Part shown: one piece after another, positions 51,914-61,333 of the stretch
Layout of the letters: each line of letters starts with the position of its first letter
How positions within the stretch are numbered: the stretch's first letter is position 1
Sequence record: NC_023610.1
DNA: 64,000 bases
Direction: 5' to 3' (one strand)
Position numbers and translations under genes: made by a program
Notes under the pieces: model-generated
The model's input: only the letters and a program-made list of their open reading frames with translations
Database searches by the model: none
Told to the model about the DNA's origin: nothing

Positions 51914-52951
51914 TTACTCAGTTTCAAGCGCAGCCTCTTCTTCTAACAGCACCGCATCCGCCTCTTCCAGAAGCAGTTGTTCCCGACGGTACAGACGATA
52001 AATCCCTTCGACCAGGATATCCGGTAAGTCGGTAATCTCATCGAACTTAAACCCGAACGCCCAACCGAACCACTCCACCACCTTACGAATCCCCGCCACG
52101 CTGTTCAACGCATTGGTTGGGAGACGTCCAATCGGTTTACCGTTGTTAGCAATGGTGGTCAGGCCCGTGTCGTTGAACAAGTCCAGGTTCACAAGTTGCA
52201 GGTGTAACTCACTGCTGCTGAGTTCGAAGCCAAAGGTCTTGGACAACGCTTCCCGTAACAGTGGGAGGGTGTCTTCAAAACTCATCGAGGTGTACGTGAT
52301 GGCGTAGGCAAACGGATGACCAAAGAGCAGTCCCACAATCACCGCACGAATCTCATCGTCCCGACTCACCCGGCGCACAAACTTCACATCCGGAATAGTG
52401 TACCCCGGGGCAAAGTAGTAGAGGCTCTTTGAATGGTAATTGAACCGGTTCTCGATGTTGATGCGTTCCACGTGACCCACCGAGGTCTTCGGGTGCAGTA
52501 AAACCCAGTCACGGTAATCGGCGTTCAGTTCCGCGTTCAACGAGTCGTCACAATACCCGTATCGTTGCAGTACCGATGCATCCATCGCCCAGCGTAAGTC
52601 AGACCCATTGCGGTCGGCTCGCGCTACCCTTTTATTTTTGCTGTACATCACAAACCCGGTGTCTTCGATAGCAAAGCGCACCTTGGTCGCCAGAGCTGCC
52701 TTCAGAACGCCTGGGAAGTACCCTGTCTGGTATATCAGCTCAACCATGACCTTGACTAGCTGGTGACGGTTAATCGCGTCAGGGGACTCCTGGTAAAGGA
52801 AATACCGATGGCACCGTTTCTGCGTTTCCGAAAAAAGAAAGAGATAGTCAGCACAAGGGTTGTCCCTGTGGGACAGCAAGCGTCCGAGTAGACGCCCACC
52901 ACCCCACAGTTCCCAGCCCGTCTCAACAATTACCAGACGGAAGTTTTTCAT
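51914..52951 (-). CDS. Hypothetical protein with three internal repeats
   Basis: 345 aa; repeated (E/D)TG...G+.(L/V/I)(G/A)R motif. Confidence 0.7.
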   Translation of the reverse strand: MKNFRLVIVETGWELWGGGRLLGRLLSHRDNPCADYLFLFSETQKRCHRYFLYQESPDAINRHQLVKVMVELIYQTGYFPGVLKAALATKVRFAIEDTGFVMYSKNKRVARADRNGSDLRWAMDASVLQRYGYCDDSLNAELNADYRDWVLLHPKTSVGHVERINIENRFNYHSKSLYYFAPGYTIPDVKFVRRVSRDDEIRAVIVGLLFGHPFAYAITYTSMSFEDTLPLLREALSKTFGFELSSSELHLQLVNLDLFNDTGLTTIANNGKPIGRLPTNALNSVAGIRKVVEWFGWAFGFKFDEITDLPDILVEGIYRLYRREQLLLEEADAVLLEEEAALETE

Positions 52952-53622
52952 TCTTCCTCCTCGTCATCGAGCAGGCTGTCATACGCCAGTTCAATCAGGT
53001 CCTGCCATTCATCGAAATTCAACTTGGAACCAAGTCTCTTCTCGTAGTCCAGCATAAATGCTTTCACCGGGTTGATGGTACCTTCTACCGTGTCCATTCC
53101 TGCGTTACTTGCACAATTCTCATCGGCGGCCATGGCAATCTCCTGTTTAAGGAATTCGTGGATGAAAGTAGAAAGGGTACTCAGACTGATACCGTCAAGG
53201 TCTTTATCCAGTACCAGACGGTAGTCCGCCTCGTTCCCTGGAATAACAAACCCGACGTTGTAATCACCCAGCTTCAAACCGATGACAGGTTCTTTACTGG
53301 TATCGCTCTGCACTTCGACAGGATAGAAGTTTGGACCGTGAGCAACGACCTTGGTCCAGCCAGCAGTTTGACGCAGGCGTTTCATGACATCGTCAACAAT
53401 CATCGGCGCGGTCAAGCCTTTGCGGTTAACGGTGAGAGAATAGAGACGGTGGTTACCAAACGTGTTGGTAATCAGATAGTGGTTGGCACCACGATGATAG
53501 CCCGGTTCGATATCCACATCGTTACGGGTAGTGACAGTCACCAAAGTCAGCTCAGGACGTTTCTTCTTTGGTTTCTGCGGACTCTTCTGAGTCAGGGTCG
53601 AATTGGCTAAACGAATCAACAT
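52948..53622 (-). CDS. Hypothetical protein
   Basis: 224 aa, SD GAGG. Confidence 0.7.
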   Translation of the reverse strand: MLIRLANSTLTQKSPQKPKKKRPELTLVTVTTRNDVDIEPGYHRGANHYLITNTFGNHRLYSLTVNRKGLTAPMIVDDVMKRLRQTAGWTKVVAHGPNFYPVEVQSDTSKEPVIGLKLGDYNVGFVIPGNEADYRLVLDKDLDGISLSTLSTFIHEFLKQEIAMAADENCASNAGMDTVEGTINPVKAFMLDYEKRLGSKLNFDEWQDLIELAYDSLLDDEEEE

Positions 53623-53779
53623 GATGGAACACCTCTTGAATTACGTGGCAGGCATTGCTAAGCGCCCTCGATTAAATGGATAATAAAAGTGAGGTCCTGA
53701 TAAAGAACTACTAACCACACGTGCACATACCACGTAGCGACTGAGTAATTTTTTACCAGGACTTTTCTTTCTCACTTGA

Positions 53780-53787
53780 GTAATATA
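53780..53787 (-). promoter_or_regulatory. Early promoter TATATTAC
   Basis: Exact motif just after the terL stop, facing the accessory block. Confidence 0.65.
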
Positions 53788-53798
53788 GGTCTGAAAGT

Positions 53799-55916
53799 TT
53801 ATCGGTAACGACTGTACGAATCCCGACGACGAGAACTGTTGAGCTCTTCGATGAGGGAAGAGACGTTGATGTTCTGCACGCCCATACCCTGCAACTCGCC
53901 TTCCAGGTAACGAAGCTGTGCCTCGTACTTGGTGATGAGTACCGGGTTACTGGTATCGCGCAACACCTGAATCGTTTCTTCCAATGCATCGTTAAGTTCG
54001 TCCAGCTGATAGTTCATCTGGCGTTCTTCTTTCGACAACCCATCTTCTTCAATGGCTTTCGCCAATACTTTCTTCCGGTCAAGTCCGTAGTAACCGAGGT
54101 TACGTCCGTAGACCAGGAACCACACAGGAAGGAGCCAGGCGATGACGGTATCATCGTGACCATCGCGGCTGTGGTCCACACGCCCGTTCTTATCTTCCAG
54201 CCCACTGATTTCCGCAATCAGCTGTTTATCGTGAACACGGCTCGCACCTTTACGGGCAGCAATCTTCAGGATTTCGTTGTACAGCGTCTTACGGGTGGTG
54301 GTACCGGTACAGAACCCGAACTTAGTTTTACGCCGTACGTAGAAACTGTCATCACGGGTATTCAGCGGACGACGGATTTCCATGTACGCATCCGGGTTGA
54401 CCTCATGGTCCTGTACGATGCTGTTGTAGATACGCGCAAACGGGTCAATGCCTTCGGCGTGCAGTCGGATACACAGGTAGTCGATAAACGTCTGACCGGT
54501 GGACTTACGCTCTGGAATCAACACCGACGTTGGGTAGCGCATCATGAACTCGAACAGGAAATCGGCGTAACGTGGAATCAAGGCCTCGTTCACTACCGAC
54601 ACACCCAACACCGACAGGTCAGTGTAGTCTTCAATGACCAACGACAGCGCATCTCGACCCCCACCTTCCGAGGTATCCGAACCCACCACCGCAGGTAGGG
54701 TCAGACGGCGCGCTTCCAGTTCATCACGAGTAAGGTACCAGTGAATGATGAAACCGCCCGGTAAGGTCTCTGAGTACTCGGAGTAACGTTGAGAACCGTT
54801 GATACGTCCCAGCAGTTCTTTGTCCAGTGGGTTCTTCAACCCGCCTACGGTCCAGATGTTGAAGTAGTCACGGTCAGCGTCCCCACCTTCCGCGGCGTTC
54901 TTCGCCATGTTCTCGTAGTGCTGTTTGTCCGATACGCCCACTTGCAGATGTGACCACGTCCCGTTGATAAGAATCTTACGACCCTTACAGTGACGCTTCA
55001 CGGTCTCACGCAGGTCGTCTTCGTCCTTGCAATCGTACAAGGTGTCAGACCAGCGCATGGCTTCCGCCCACAGCTTGTAGATGAACGCACCGTCACGGTC
55101 ATCCTGCTTACCAGCCGTTGTGGTGATGATGGAGCCGTAGGGGAGCCCTTTTTTCTTCGCTTCCTGGATTACGGCATCACCGGACGCCATACATGCGGAG
55201 TACGCAATCTTGATGTTTGCGATGTAGGGGGCTTCATCCCAGATGTTTGTAGGGGTGGTGTTACCACGACCTACGCGGTACGCGCCGTTCTCATCTGCTC
55301 GGGATACGGCAATGGCGTAACGGTTGTTACGAGACTTGTAAGTGACCATCTCATTACTGAGGGAGTCGTTACGGTCCTGGACCACCAGGTACTGTGGCAG
55401 ATACTCTTTAATGCGACGTAAACGACCGGCGTTCTCTGCACGCAGTTCGTCGGACTTTGTAACCAGGCCGATACGGGCGTTACGGTACTTGATGTACAAG
55501 AGCCAAGAGGACAGGGCATCCGAGGAGATGGACTTACCGGTCTGTCGTGGTTGAATTAACAGGTAGTCGATGTGGTTACAGTACGACCAGATGAGCGACA
55601 TGTTCGCACGGTTGGCACGGAATTGGTTACCACCTTCACCGACTGCCGGTGGAATCAGTAGGCATTCCCGCAGGTAATACCAAACGTTGTTGTAGCACTC
55701 GTTCTTAATCGCCAACTTCTCTTCGAACGTCAGCTTCGGGGAGAACGGGTCCAGTCCCTGAATTTCGGGGTTAAGTAAAGAGATAGGCCAGAGGCAGTTC
55801 TTTACACCGGCTTCATGGTACAACTTCGATGCGAAATCCATGAAGTAACCGTTATTGGTTTTCTTATCCGGAATCGCACTGGGGAACTTTTCCCAGTCCT
55901 TCATGAACAGAATCAT
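53799..55916 (-). CDS. terL: Terminase large subunit
   Basis: Walker A PRQTGKS, Walker B NIWDEA, TTTAG, nuclease motifs GSDTSEG and GHDD. Confidence 0.95.
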   Translation of the reverse strand: MILFMKDWEKFPSAIPDKKTNNGYFMDFASKLYHEAGVKNCLWPISLLNPEIQGLDPFSPKLTFEEKLAIKNECYNNVWYYLRECLLIPPAVGEGGNQFRANRANMSLIWSYCNHIDYLLIQPRQTGKSISSDALSSWLLYIKYRNARIGLVTKSDELRAENAGRLRRIKEYLPQYLVVQDRNDSLSNEMVTYKSRNNRYAIAVSRADENGAYRVGRGNTTPTNIWDEAPYIANIKIAYSACMASGDAVIQEAKKKGLPYGSIITTTAGKQDDRDGAFIYKLWAEAMRWSDTLYDCKDEDDLRETVKRHCKGRKILINGTWSHLQVGVSDKQHYENMAKNAAEGGDADRDYFNIWTVGGLKNPLDKELLGRINGSQRYSEYSETLPGGFIIHWYLTRDELEARRLTLPAVVGSDTSEGGGRDALSLVIEDYTDLSVLGVSVVNEALIPRYADFLFEFMMRYPTSVLIPERKSTGQTFIDYLCIRLHAEGIDPFARIYNSIVQDHEVNPDAYMEIRRPLNTRDDSFYVRRKTKFGFCTGTTTRKTLYNEILKIAARKGASRVHDKQLIAEISGLEDKNGRVDHSRDGHDDTVIAWLLPVWFLVYGRNLGYYGLDRKKVLAKAIEEDGLSKEERQMNYQLDELNDALEETIQVLRDTSNPVLITKYEAQLRYLEGELQGMGVQNINVSSLIEELNSSRRRDSYSRYR

Positions 55917-55967
55917 ACTTGCCTCCGTGTGAACCCAGAGGACCCGAAGGTCCTCTGGGGCAGAGCG

Positions 55968-57677
55968 TTATACTGATTGGTGAATGATGAGACCCGAGGA
56001 CGCCAGCTGCAAGTCAACCCCGTTCACTTCCTGCACCCAGTGGATAACCGCGAGGTCGCCCTCTGCACCACCGCTTTGTACGGTGAACGGTAAGTTCCAA
56101 CTGGAGATTGGTTTGCGGTAACGCAGTCCGCCAATCTGAAGCACGAAGTGGGTCGGGGTCAGTGGACCGGCTTCTGCGGATTGGTCGTACATCGGACGGG
56201 TCCGGGTGTACAAACGTTCCAGCCACTCTTCTACCGTCGCCGCACCACAGTCGATAGCACACGTCCAGACCTGAGAAGAGACGTACGCAAGGTTGGCCAC
56301 CACTTTGTCGCCGTAATCCGCATACCCGTTTTCAAAGGTCACGAGCCAGTTGGTCGTCCCGTCGATGTTCCCCGCCTGCATCAGCGAGAATGCTAACGAC
56401 TGGGTGTGACGGTAATCGGAGTACCGCGCATCCACCTTACTGATGTCGAGTGCAAACGTCATACGTTGCTTCACACCAAAGAGGAGCGGGTCCCAGATAG
56501 CCGAGGTACTGGCAACTTCCACCTGGTCCGTAACATCCAGTGCAATGTCGCGGTCGATGCTCTGGAGGAAGTGACGAATGCCGTATCCGGCGCTCGCAGA
56601 TTTCCAGTACGGGAAACTGAACAACTTCATCCCGTACGCTTTCATGGTGGCGTCGGCTTCAATCACGTAGACGTCCTGGAAGAAGCGGGTCACGTTATCT
56701 GTCGAACCATCAAAGGCTTCCGTGGAGTCGAGGTTGTAAATCAGAATCGCCTGCTGGTTGATGCCCGGTGACGACGGGATGTAGTCGGTGTCAGACACCA
56801 GACGAATCTTCACGCCATCAATCGGACGGTCTACCTGCTTACCACCACGGTAAGTGACCCGACACATCAACGTCAGTGATGACAGCAGCGCATTCACCGC
56901 AATCTTCACGGTCTTCGCGCCCACGTCCACGGTTGGACCCACCAGTTCAATACTGAGGATGTTCTTCGTGGCGGTGTTGGACTGACGAACCATCCCGGAG
57001 TTACGCGCCAGCCAGGTGACGGTACCAATGACGTTAGCCTTAGCATCGTAGCACGCCATGGTCAACGGTTCCCCGTCTACCACATCACGCTTCGCCCAGC
57101 CCACCTGCGGTACGTAGGCTTCAACCCCGTCGGCATCATCAAGACGCGTACACGGAATCTTGTCGTCCACGTATTCCCCACTGGCGTTATAGCGAGCAGA
57201 GAGAATCTCCGCACTCGGTAACGGGTTCAGTCCGGCAAAGACACGCACGTACGAAACACTCGGTAAACGAATGTACGCCATACTGTCCACAGCCATCACC
57301 GGCGGTGACACGGAAGAGTCAACGTAGATGAAGTAACCCGGTTGCGGGAAACGCGTTCCCACGCCCATCAGGAAGTCTTCGTCCGTAGCGCCCGCAATTG
57401 GTGGCTCACGGTAACGAACCAGGGTAGGAATCAACAGTTGACTGACTTCATCAACGATGTACGAACCCGTGGCGCGGTCAAACACCTTGTCCCCCACGTT
57501 GGGGACGTAGCGCCCGAGGTTTCCTTCCCCGACTTTGTCCTTCCCGAAGTAAATCTCCGGATAGCCCCACTCCTTGTAGAGGCCATTCGGATTGTACACC
57601 GGCACATCGGCCGGTGTGGTGTCGCTCAGGGTATTAACGTACGCTACCCCTGATGCGGTCGTTTGTAACGTTGTCAT
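55968..57677 (-). CDS. Virion structural protein (phiKZ gp26 position)
   Basis: 569 aa, beta-rich; synteny with terL and the sheath gene. Confidence 0.6.
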   Translation of the reverse strand: MTTLQTTASGVAYVNTLSDTTPADVPVYNPNGLYKEWGYPEIYFGKDKVGEGNLGRYVPNVGDKVFDRATGSYIVDEVSQLLIPTLVRYREPPIAGATDEDFLMGVGTRFPQPGYFIYVDSSVSPPVMAVDSMAYIRLPSVSYVRVFAGLNPLPSAEILSARYNASGEYVDDKIPCTRLDDADGVEAYVPQVGWAKRDVVDGEPLTMACYDAKANVIGTVTWLARNSGMVRQSNTATKNILSIELVGPTVDVGAKTVKIAVNALLSSLTLMCRVTYRGGKQVDRPIDGVKIRLVSDTDYIPSSPGINQQAILIYNLDSTEAFDGSTDNVTRFFQDVYVIEADATMKAYGMKLFSFPYWKSASAGYGIRHFLQSIDRDIALDVTDQVEVASTSAIWDPLLFGVKQRMTFALDISKVDARYSDYRHTQSLAFSLMQAGNIDGTTNWLVTFENGYADYGDKVVANLAYVSSQVWTCAIDCGAATVEEWLERLYTRTRPMYDQSAEAGPLTPTHFVLQIGGLRYRKPISSWNLPFTVQSGGAEGDLAVIHWVQEVNGVDLQLASSGLIIHQSV

Positions 57678-57680
57678 TCA

Positions 57681-60236
57681 TCAGCCCTCAATGCGGAAGA
57701 AGTTCGACATGTCCAGTTTGTCGTTCAGGTACAGTTTGATGACTTGTTTCAGGAAACGGTAGTCACGCTCACTGACACTGCGCATCACACGGTCAGGGAC
57801 CGGGTAGATACGTGAGAAGTTCACGTTGGTATCAAACCGGCACGGGTCGACGTCAAGTAACGCCACGTACGGTTTCACCTTCGCACTCACCGACATCGCA
57901 TCCTCTGGGGTGTACGGTGACGTCAATGTACCTTGTTCCAGCTCATAGACCAGGCGCGTAAAGAACGGACTGTAGAGCGGATAGAAGTCGGTAATCGGAC
58001 TTGGTCCCACGATTTCAGCCTGTGGGCGCTTCCACGTCAGGTAGTCTTCCAGACGACTGTCGAAATCCAGTGCGGCATTACGCAAGGCTTTCTGCGCGGC
58101 ATTTGAAATCCCACGAATCGGTGTATGCACCTGGTACGACGCGTACGGCGAACCGTTCGGTACCGGGAACAGACCGCTTTGACCATACCGTTCAGCGTAC
58201 GGCGCTTTCGCTGGGTCCTTCACACCGCCGCCCACAATGAGATGCATGACTTTATCGTCACGAACGTCGTAGTGGTTGTTGGCAGAGATATACCCAGCGT
58301 AGGCAAACCCTACATCCGTTGGAATGTCCCGCAGCATGTCATCTCCACAGAACCCGGTTCCCATGACAGTCATCACGTTCGGACCGCCCACGTTCAAATA
58401 CTTCGTGGAGGTCAGGGTCAGTTGCGGGAACACGCCCATGCGATAGTCGAGGTTCTCGATAATCGGATGCCCATTCAAGAACAGCGCTAACCGCCCCGGT
58501 TGTAACGTCAACGGCGTACCCAGGGTATCGGTGTGCGTGATGTCGAAGGTGTAGACAGCGCTCAGGGCGGAGAATTGAGAGGTGTAGAGCAAGAAGTACT
58601 TGTCCGTCACCACTAACCCTTCGTACTTCGTGGTAGAGTGCAACCAGTTGACGGTGTTCCCGACCATCTGGTAGTTCACGCCTTCCACCGCTTTCTTCCA
58701 CACCAGGTCCGGAACGTCTTTGACCTTATTACAGAAGTAGGTTTCGAAGTTGTAGCCCGTGGTATCGACATCGGTATTCCCCTGATGCCAATCGAGCTGC
58801 TTCTGACCAACCCCAACCTGCACTTCAACCAGCGTACAGTTATCGTTGGTCACGTAGTAACGCTCACCCCCGCTGTGCTGATAGAACCCGAGTAGGATAC
58901 CGTCTTTGTCGTACTCCAGCATAGTCGAGTTGTTGAGCTGGCCGTACCCCAGTGTCACGAAGCGGTCGTTACCAGACGTCTGTACCGTGAGCGGCGACGG
59001 GTCGACCAACTTACTGACCGCGTTGTACCCGTACGCTTCCAGTACGTCACGGACTTCTTCCGGACCGTAATAGCTGCGCATGATGGCCGTGTACAGACTT
59101 TTCTCTAACGAGGCCGCCTGCCACTCTTCCAACGTGGAGTCAATTCCGACCATGGCGCGCACGATGTCGGTATCCGATAACCGGTACAGTTCGTTGATGC
59201 GGTGCGCTTCAAGAATCAGTGGGCGGTCCAGTCCGGCATTGCGAACCTGTAAACGGATGCGCAACGTCGCCTCAGTCGCCCAGGTTTGACCTTCCCAATA
59301 AGCACGGACGTAATCAACCGGGATACTGTAGTCGGCGTGAGTCACCATGCGTAACGAGTTTTCCATGTTACGGTGATAGTAACGTCCCAGCAACTTGCCA
59401 TCTGCACCCGTAACGTAAATGAAGACGTCCACGTCGTCACGATAACGGATGGTTTCCCCGCTAGACCCTTTTGCCGGATGCAGGAGGTACTTACGCTTGG
59501 CGTCAAGCTCAGATTCGAAGTCGTACAGGGTATTGACCTTAAAGTCCACCACGCGCGCTACAGCGGCATCGTAGCAGTACTCCAGGAAATCCCCCACCTT
59601 GACCGCAGTCGAGGCTACGTCGCTAATCCAGACCCCGTTAAGGTACATGTTGACCACACCGTTCAAACGACGGTAGGTTTGCACCTCAGAGAGAATCTCA
59701 CCGGTCCGGGTTGCACTGGTCACCAGGCCACCACCGTACTCAACTTTGTATTGTAGCTGAGAACCGGTATCGGAGAAGTAGTACGCGTTACGATACAGAC
59801 GCATGTACAGGTCCTGGGTGTCCAGGTTCAGAATCGGCGTGTAGTTAGAACGCCACTGCTGAATCTTTACCGCCACCAGGATGTTGTAATCATCCGCTCG
59901 GTACACGTACGCCATGGACAGTGGGTAAGAAATCCCCGAATCGGCGTACAGGTTAATCACCTGGCTGTTGAGGCTCCCCCAATCCTGGAAACTAAACCAC
60001 TTCTGGCGTTCCGACGGTAACCCGATGGATTGCGGATGGTTCTGGCCAATCTGGTAGACGTGGAAGAAGTTGGTTTTATCCGGGAGTGCAATTGACTCCC
60101 ACAACGCATCCACGTACCCACGCTCGCCACCGTCTTTGGTGAGGCGGCTCAGCTTCAGGATACTTTGACGGTCCTGAAACGGCATACACCAAACATTGTC
60201 ACGAGCGTGTTGCATCAAGTAGTCAACCATCGACAT
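57681..60236 (-). CDS. Virion structural protein (phiKZ gp27 position)
   Basis: 851 aa; synteny. Confidence 0.6.
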   Translation of the reverse strand: MSMVDYLMQHARDNVWCMPFQDRQSILKLSRLTKDGGERGYVDALWESIALPDKTNFFHVYQIGQNHPQSIGLPSERQKWFSFQDWGSLNSQVINLYADSGISYPLSMAYVYRADDYNILVAVKIQQWRSNYTPILNLDTQDLYMRLYRNAYYFSDTGSQLQYKVEYGGGLVTSATRTGEILSEVQTYRRLNGVVNMYLNGVWISDVASTAVKVGDFLEYCYDAAVARVVDFKVNTLYDFESELDAKRKYLLHPAKGSSGETIRYRDDVDVFIYVTGADGKLLGRYYHRNMENSLRMVTHADYSIPVDYVRAYWEGQTWATEATLRIRLQVRNAGLDRPLILEAHRINELYRLSDTDIVRAMVGIDSTLEEWQAASLEKSLYTAIMRSYYGPEEVRDVLEAYGYNAVSKLVDPSPLTVQTSGNDRFVTLGYGQLNNSTMLEYDKDGILLGFYQHSGGERYYVTNDNCTLVEVQVGVGQKQLDWHQGNTDVDTTGYNFETYFCNKVKDVPDLVWKKAVEGVNYQMVGNTVNWLHSTTKYEGLVVTDKYFLLYTSQFSALSAVYTFDITHTDTLGTPLTLQPGRLALFLNGHPIIENLDYRMGVFPQLTLTSTKYLNVGGPNVMTVMGTGFCGDDMLRDIPTDVGFAYAGYISANNHYDVRDDKVMHLIVGGGVKDPAKAPYAERYGQSGLFPVPNGSPYASYQVHTPIRGISNAAQKALRNAALDFDSRLEDYLTWKRPQAEIVGPSPITDFYPLYSPFFTRLVYELEQGTLTSPYTPEDAMSVSAKVKPYVALLDVDPCRFDTNVNFSRIYPVPDRVMRSVSERDYRFLKQVIKLYLNDKLDMSNFFRIEG

Positions 60237-60246
60237 GGCTTACTCC

Positions 60247-61164
60247 TCACTTTTTCAGTTCACGCAGCAGACCTTCGACGATATGGGCATACTGAGCGTA
60301 GTTGTGCTGACGACCTTCGCGTTTCACGATTTCCGACAGCGTCGTTTTGCGGTACAGCGGTTCTTTACCGGCCGCCAACACCAGTGCAATGAACACCGGT
60401 GGGAATTCCAATGCCGCTGCAACCAGCGCACGGGCATCCGTACCACCGAACCAACTGGTCATGGTGATGGTGTAAATGAAGCGCGAGTCAACAATGCTCA
60501 ACGACTTCGAGTACACCCGGGCTTTCAGCTCATCGCAGAACTCACCCAGGTTATCCATGTAGTTAACCTGACTCAGGAAACGAATCACATCGGAAGGGTT
60601 CACGCGCAGGGCACGAGAGATACGCAGACAGAAAGCTTCACGTTGCTTTTCAGTCAGGCGGTCTTTCTCGATGTGCTGGCAGCAGTAATAGAAAGCAGCC
60701 AGAAGCAGGACCTGGGCTTGCACTGCCGCATCCAGGTTACAGCGGGTAGACAACAGACCGGATAACCAGCGCGCGTAAACCGCCATCGGTAAGTCCCCGG
60801 CGTGTTGAACCGCCAGCCCACCGAATTTGTTCCAGTAGATTTCCAGCAGGGTACGCTTCACCAGAATACCGGAACCCCCTTCCATCGGCAGTTTGCCGCC
60901 GTTGGCACGAATCTTCCCAGCGTGGGAACGCAGGTCAATGACCCAATATTCTGGACGCCCCGGTTCTTCAACCCGTACCGGGTGTTCGAACGTAGGGATG
61001 TCTTTGCTACGTGCATCAGACTCGAGAACGGCGTACAGGTCTGGACAACCGTCGACTACCGAGTTGGTCAGTACCCCTTCTGCCCGAGCTAAAATCAAAC
61101 GACGGCTCAGCGTAGCATCGAAAAACGAGGAGCCAGACGTCGTTTCGTACGCACTTTTAAACAT
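60247..61164 (-). CDS. Virion-associated protein (phiKZ gp28 position)
   Basis: 305 aa; divergent from the sheath gene. Confidence 0.55.
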   Translation of the reverse strand: MFKSAYETTSGSSFFDATLSRRLILARAEGVLTNSVVDGCPDLYAVLESDARSKDIPTFEHPVRVEEPGRPEYWVIDLRSHAGKIRANGGKLPMEGGSGILVKRTLLEIYWNKFGGLAVQHAGDLPMAVYARWLSGLLSTRCNLDAAVQAQVLLLAAFYYCCQHIEKDRLTEKQREAFCLRISRALRVNPSDVIRFLSQVNYMDNLGEFCDELKARVYSKSLSIVDSRFIYTITMTSWFGGTDARALVAAALEFPPVFIALVLAAGKEPLYRKTTLSEIVKREGRQHNYAQYAHIVEGLLRELKK

Positions 61165-61278
61165 GGTAATTATTCTCCATTAGAACTGAAAGGGGCAAAA
61201 AAAGAAGGGGAATGACGCACAAGAAAACGCACTATTATAGCTCGTCGTACTTTTTCACTCGCCGAAAGCACGAATTAG

Positions 61279-61298
61279 TATGACGTAATATGTACATA
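61279..61298. promoter_or_regulatory. Possible divergent late promoters (TATG at 61279 and 61289 on plus; 61295-61298 on minus)
   Basis: phiKZ late motif between divergent structural genes; short motif, weak evidence. Confidence 0.4.
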
Positions 61299-61333
61299 CT
61301 GCGTTATCCACTAATTAGTTGGAGTATTGAACT

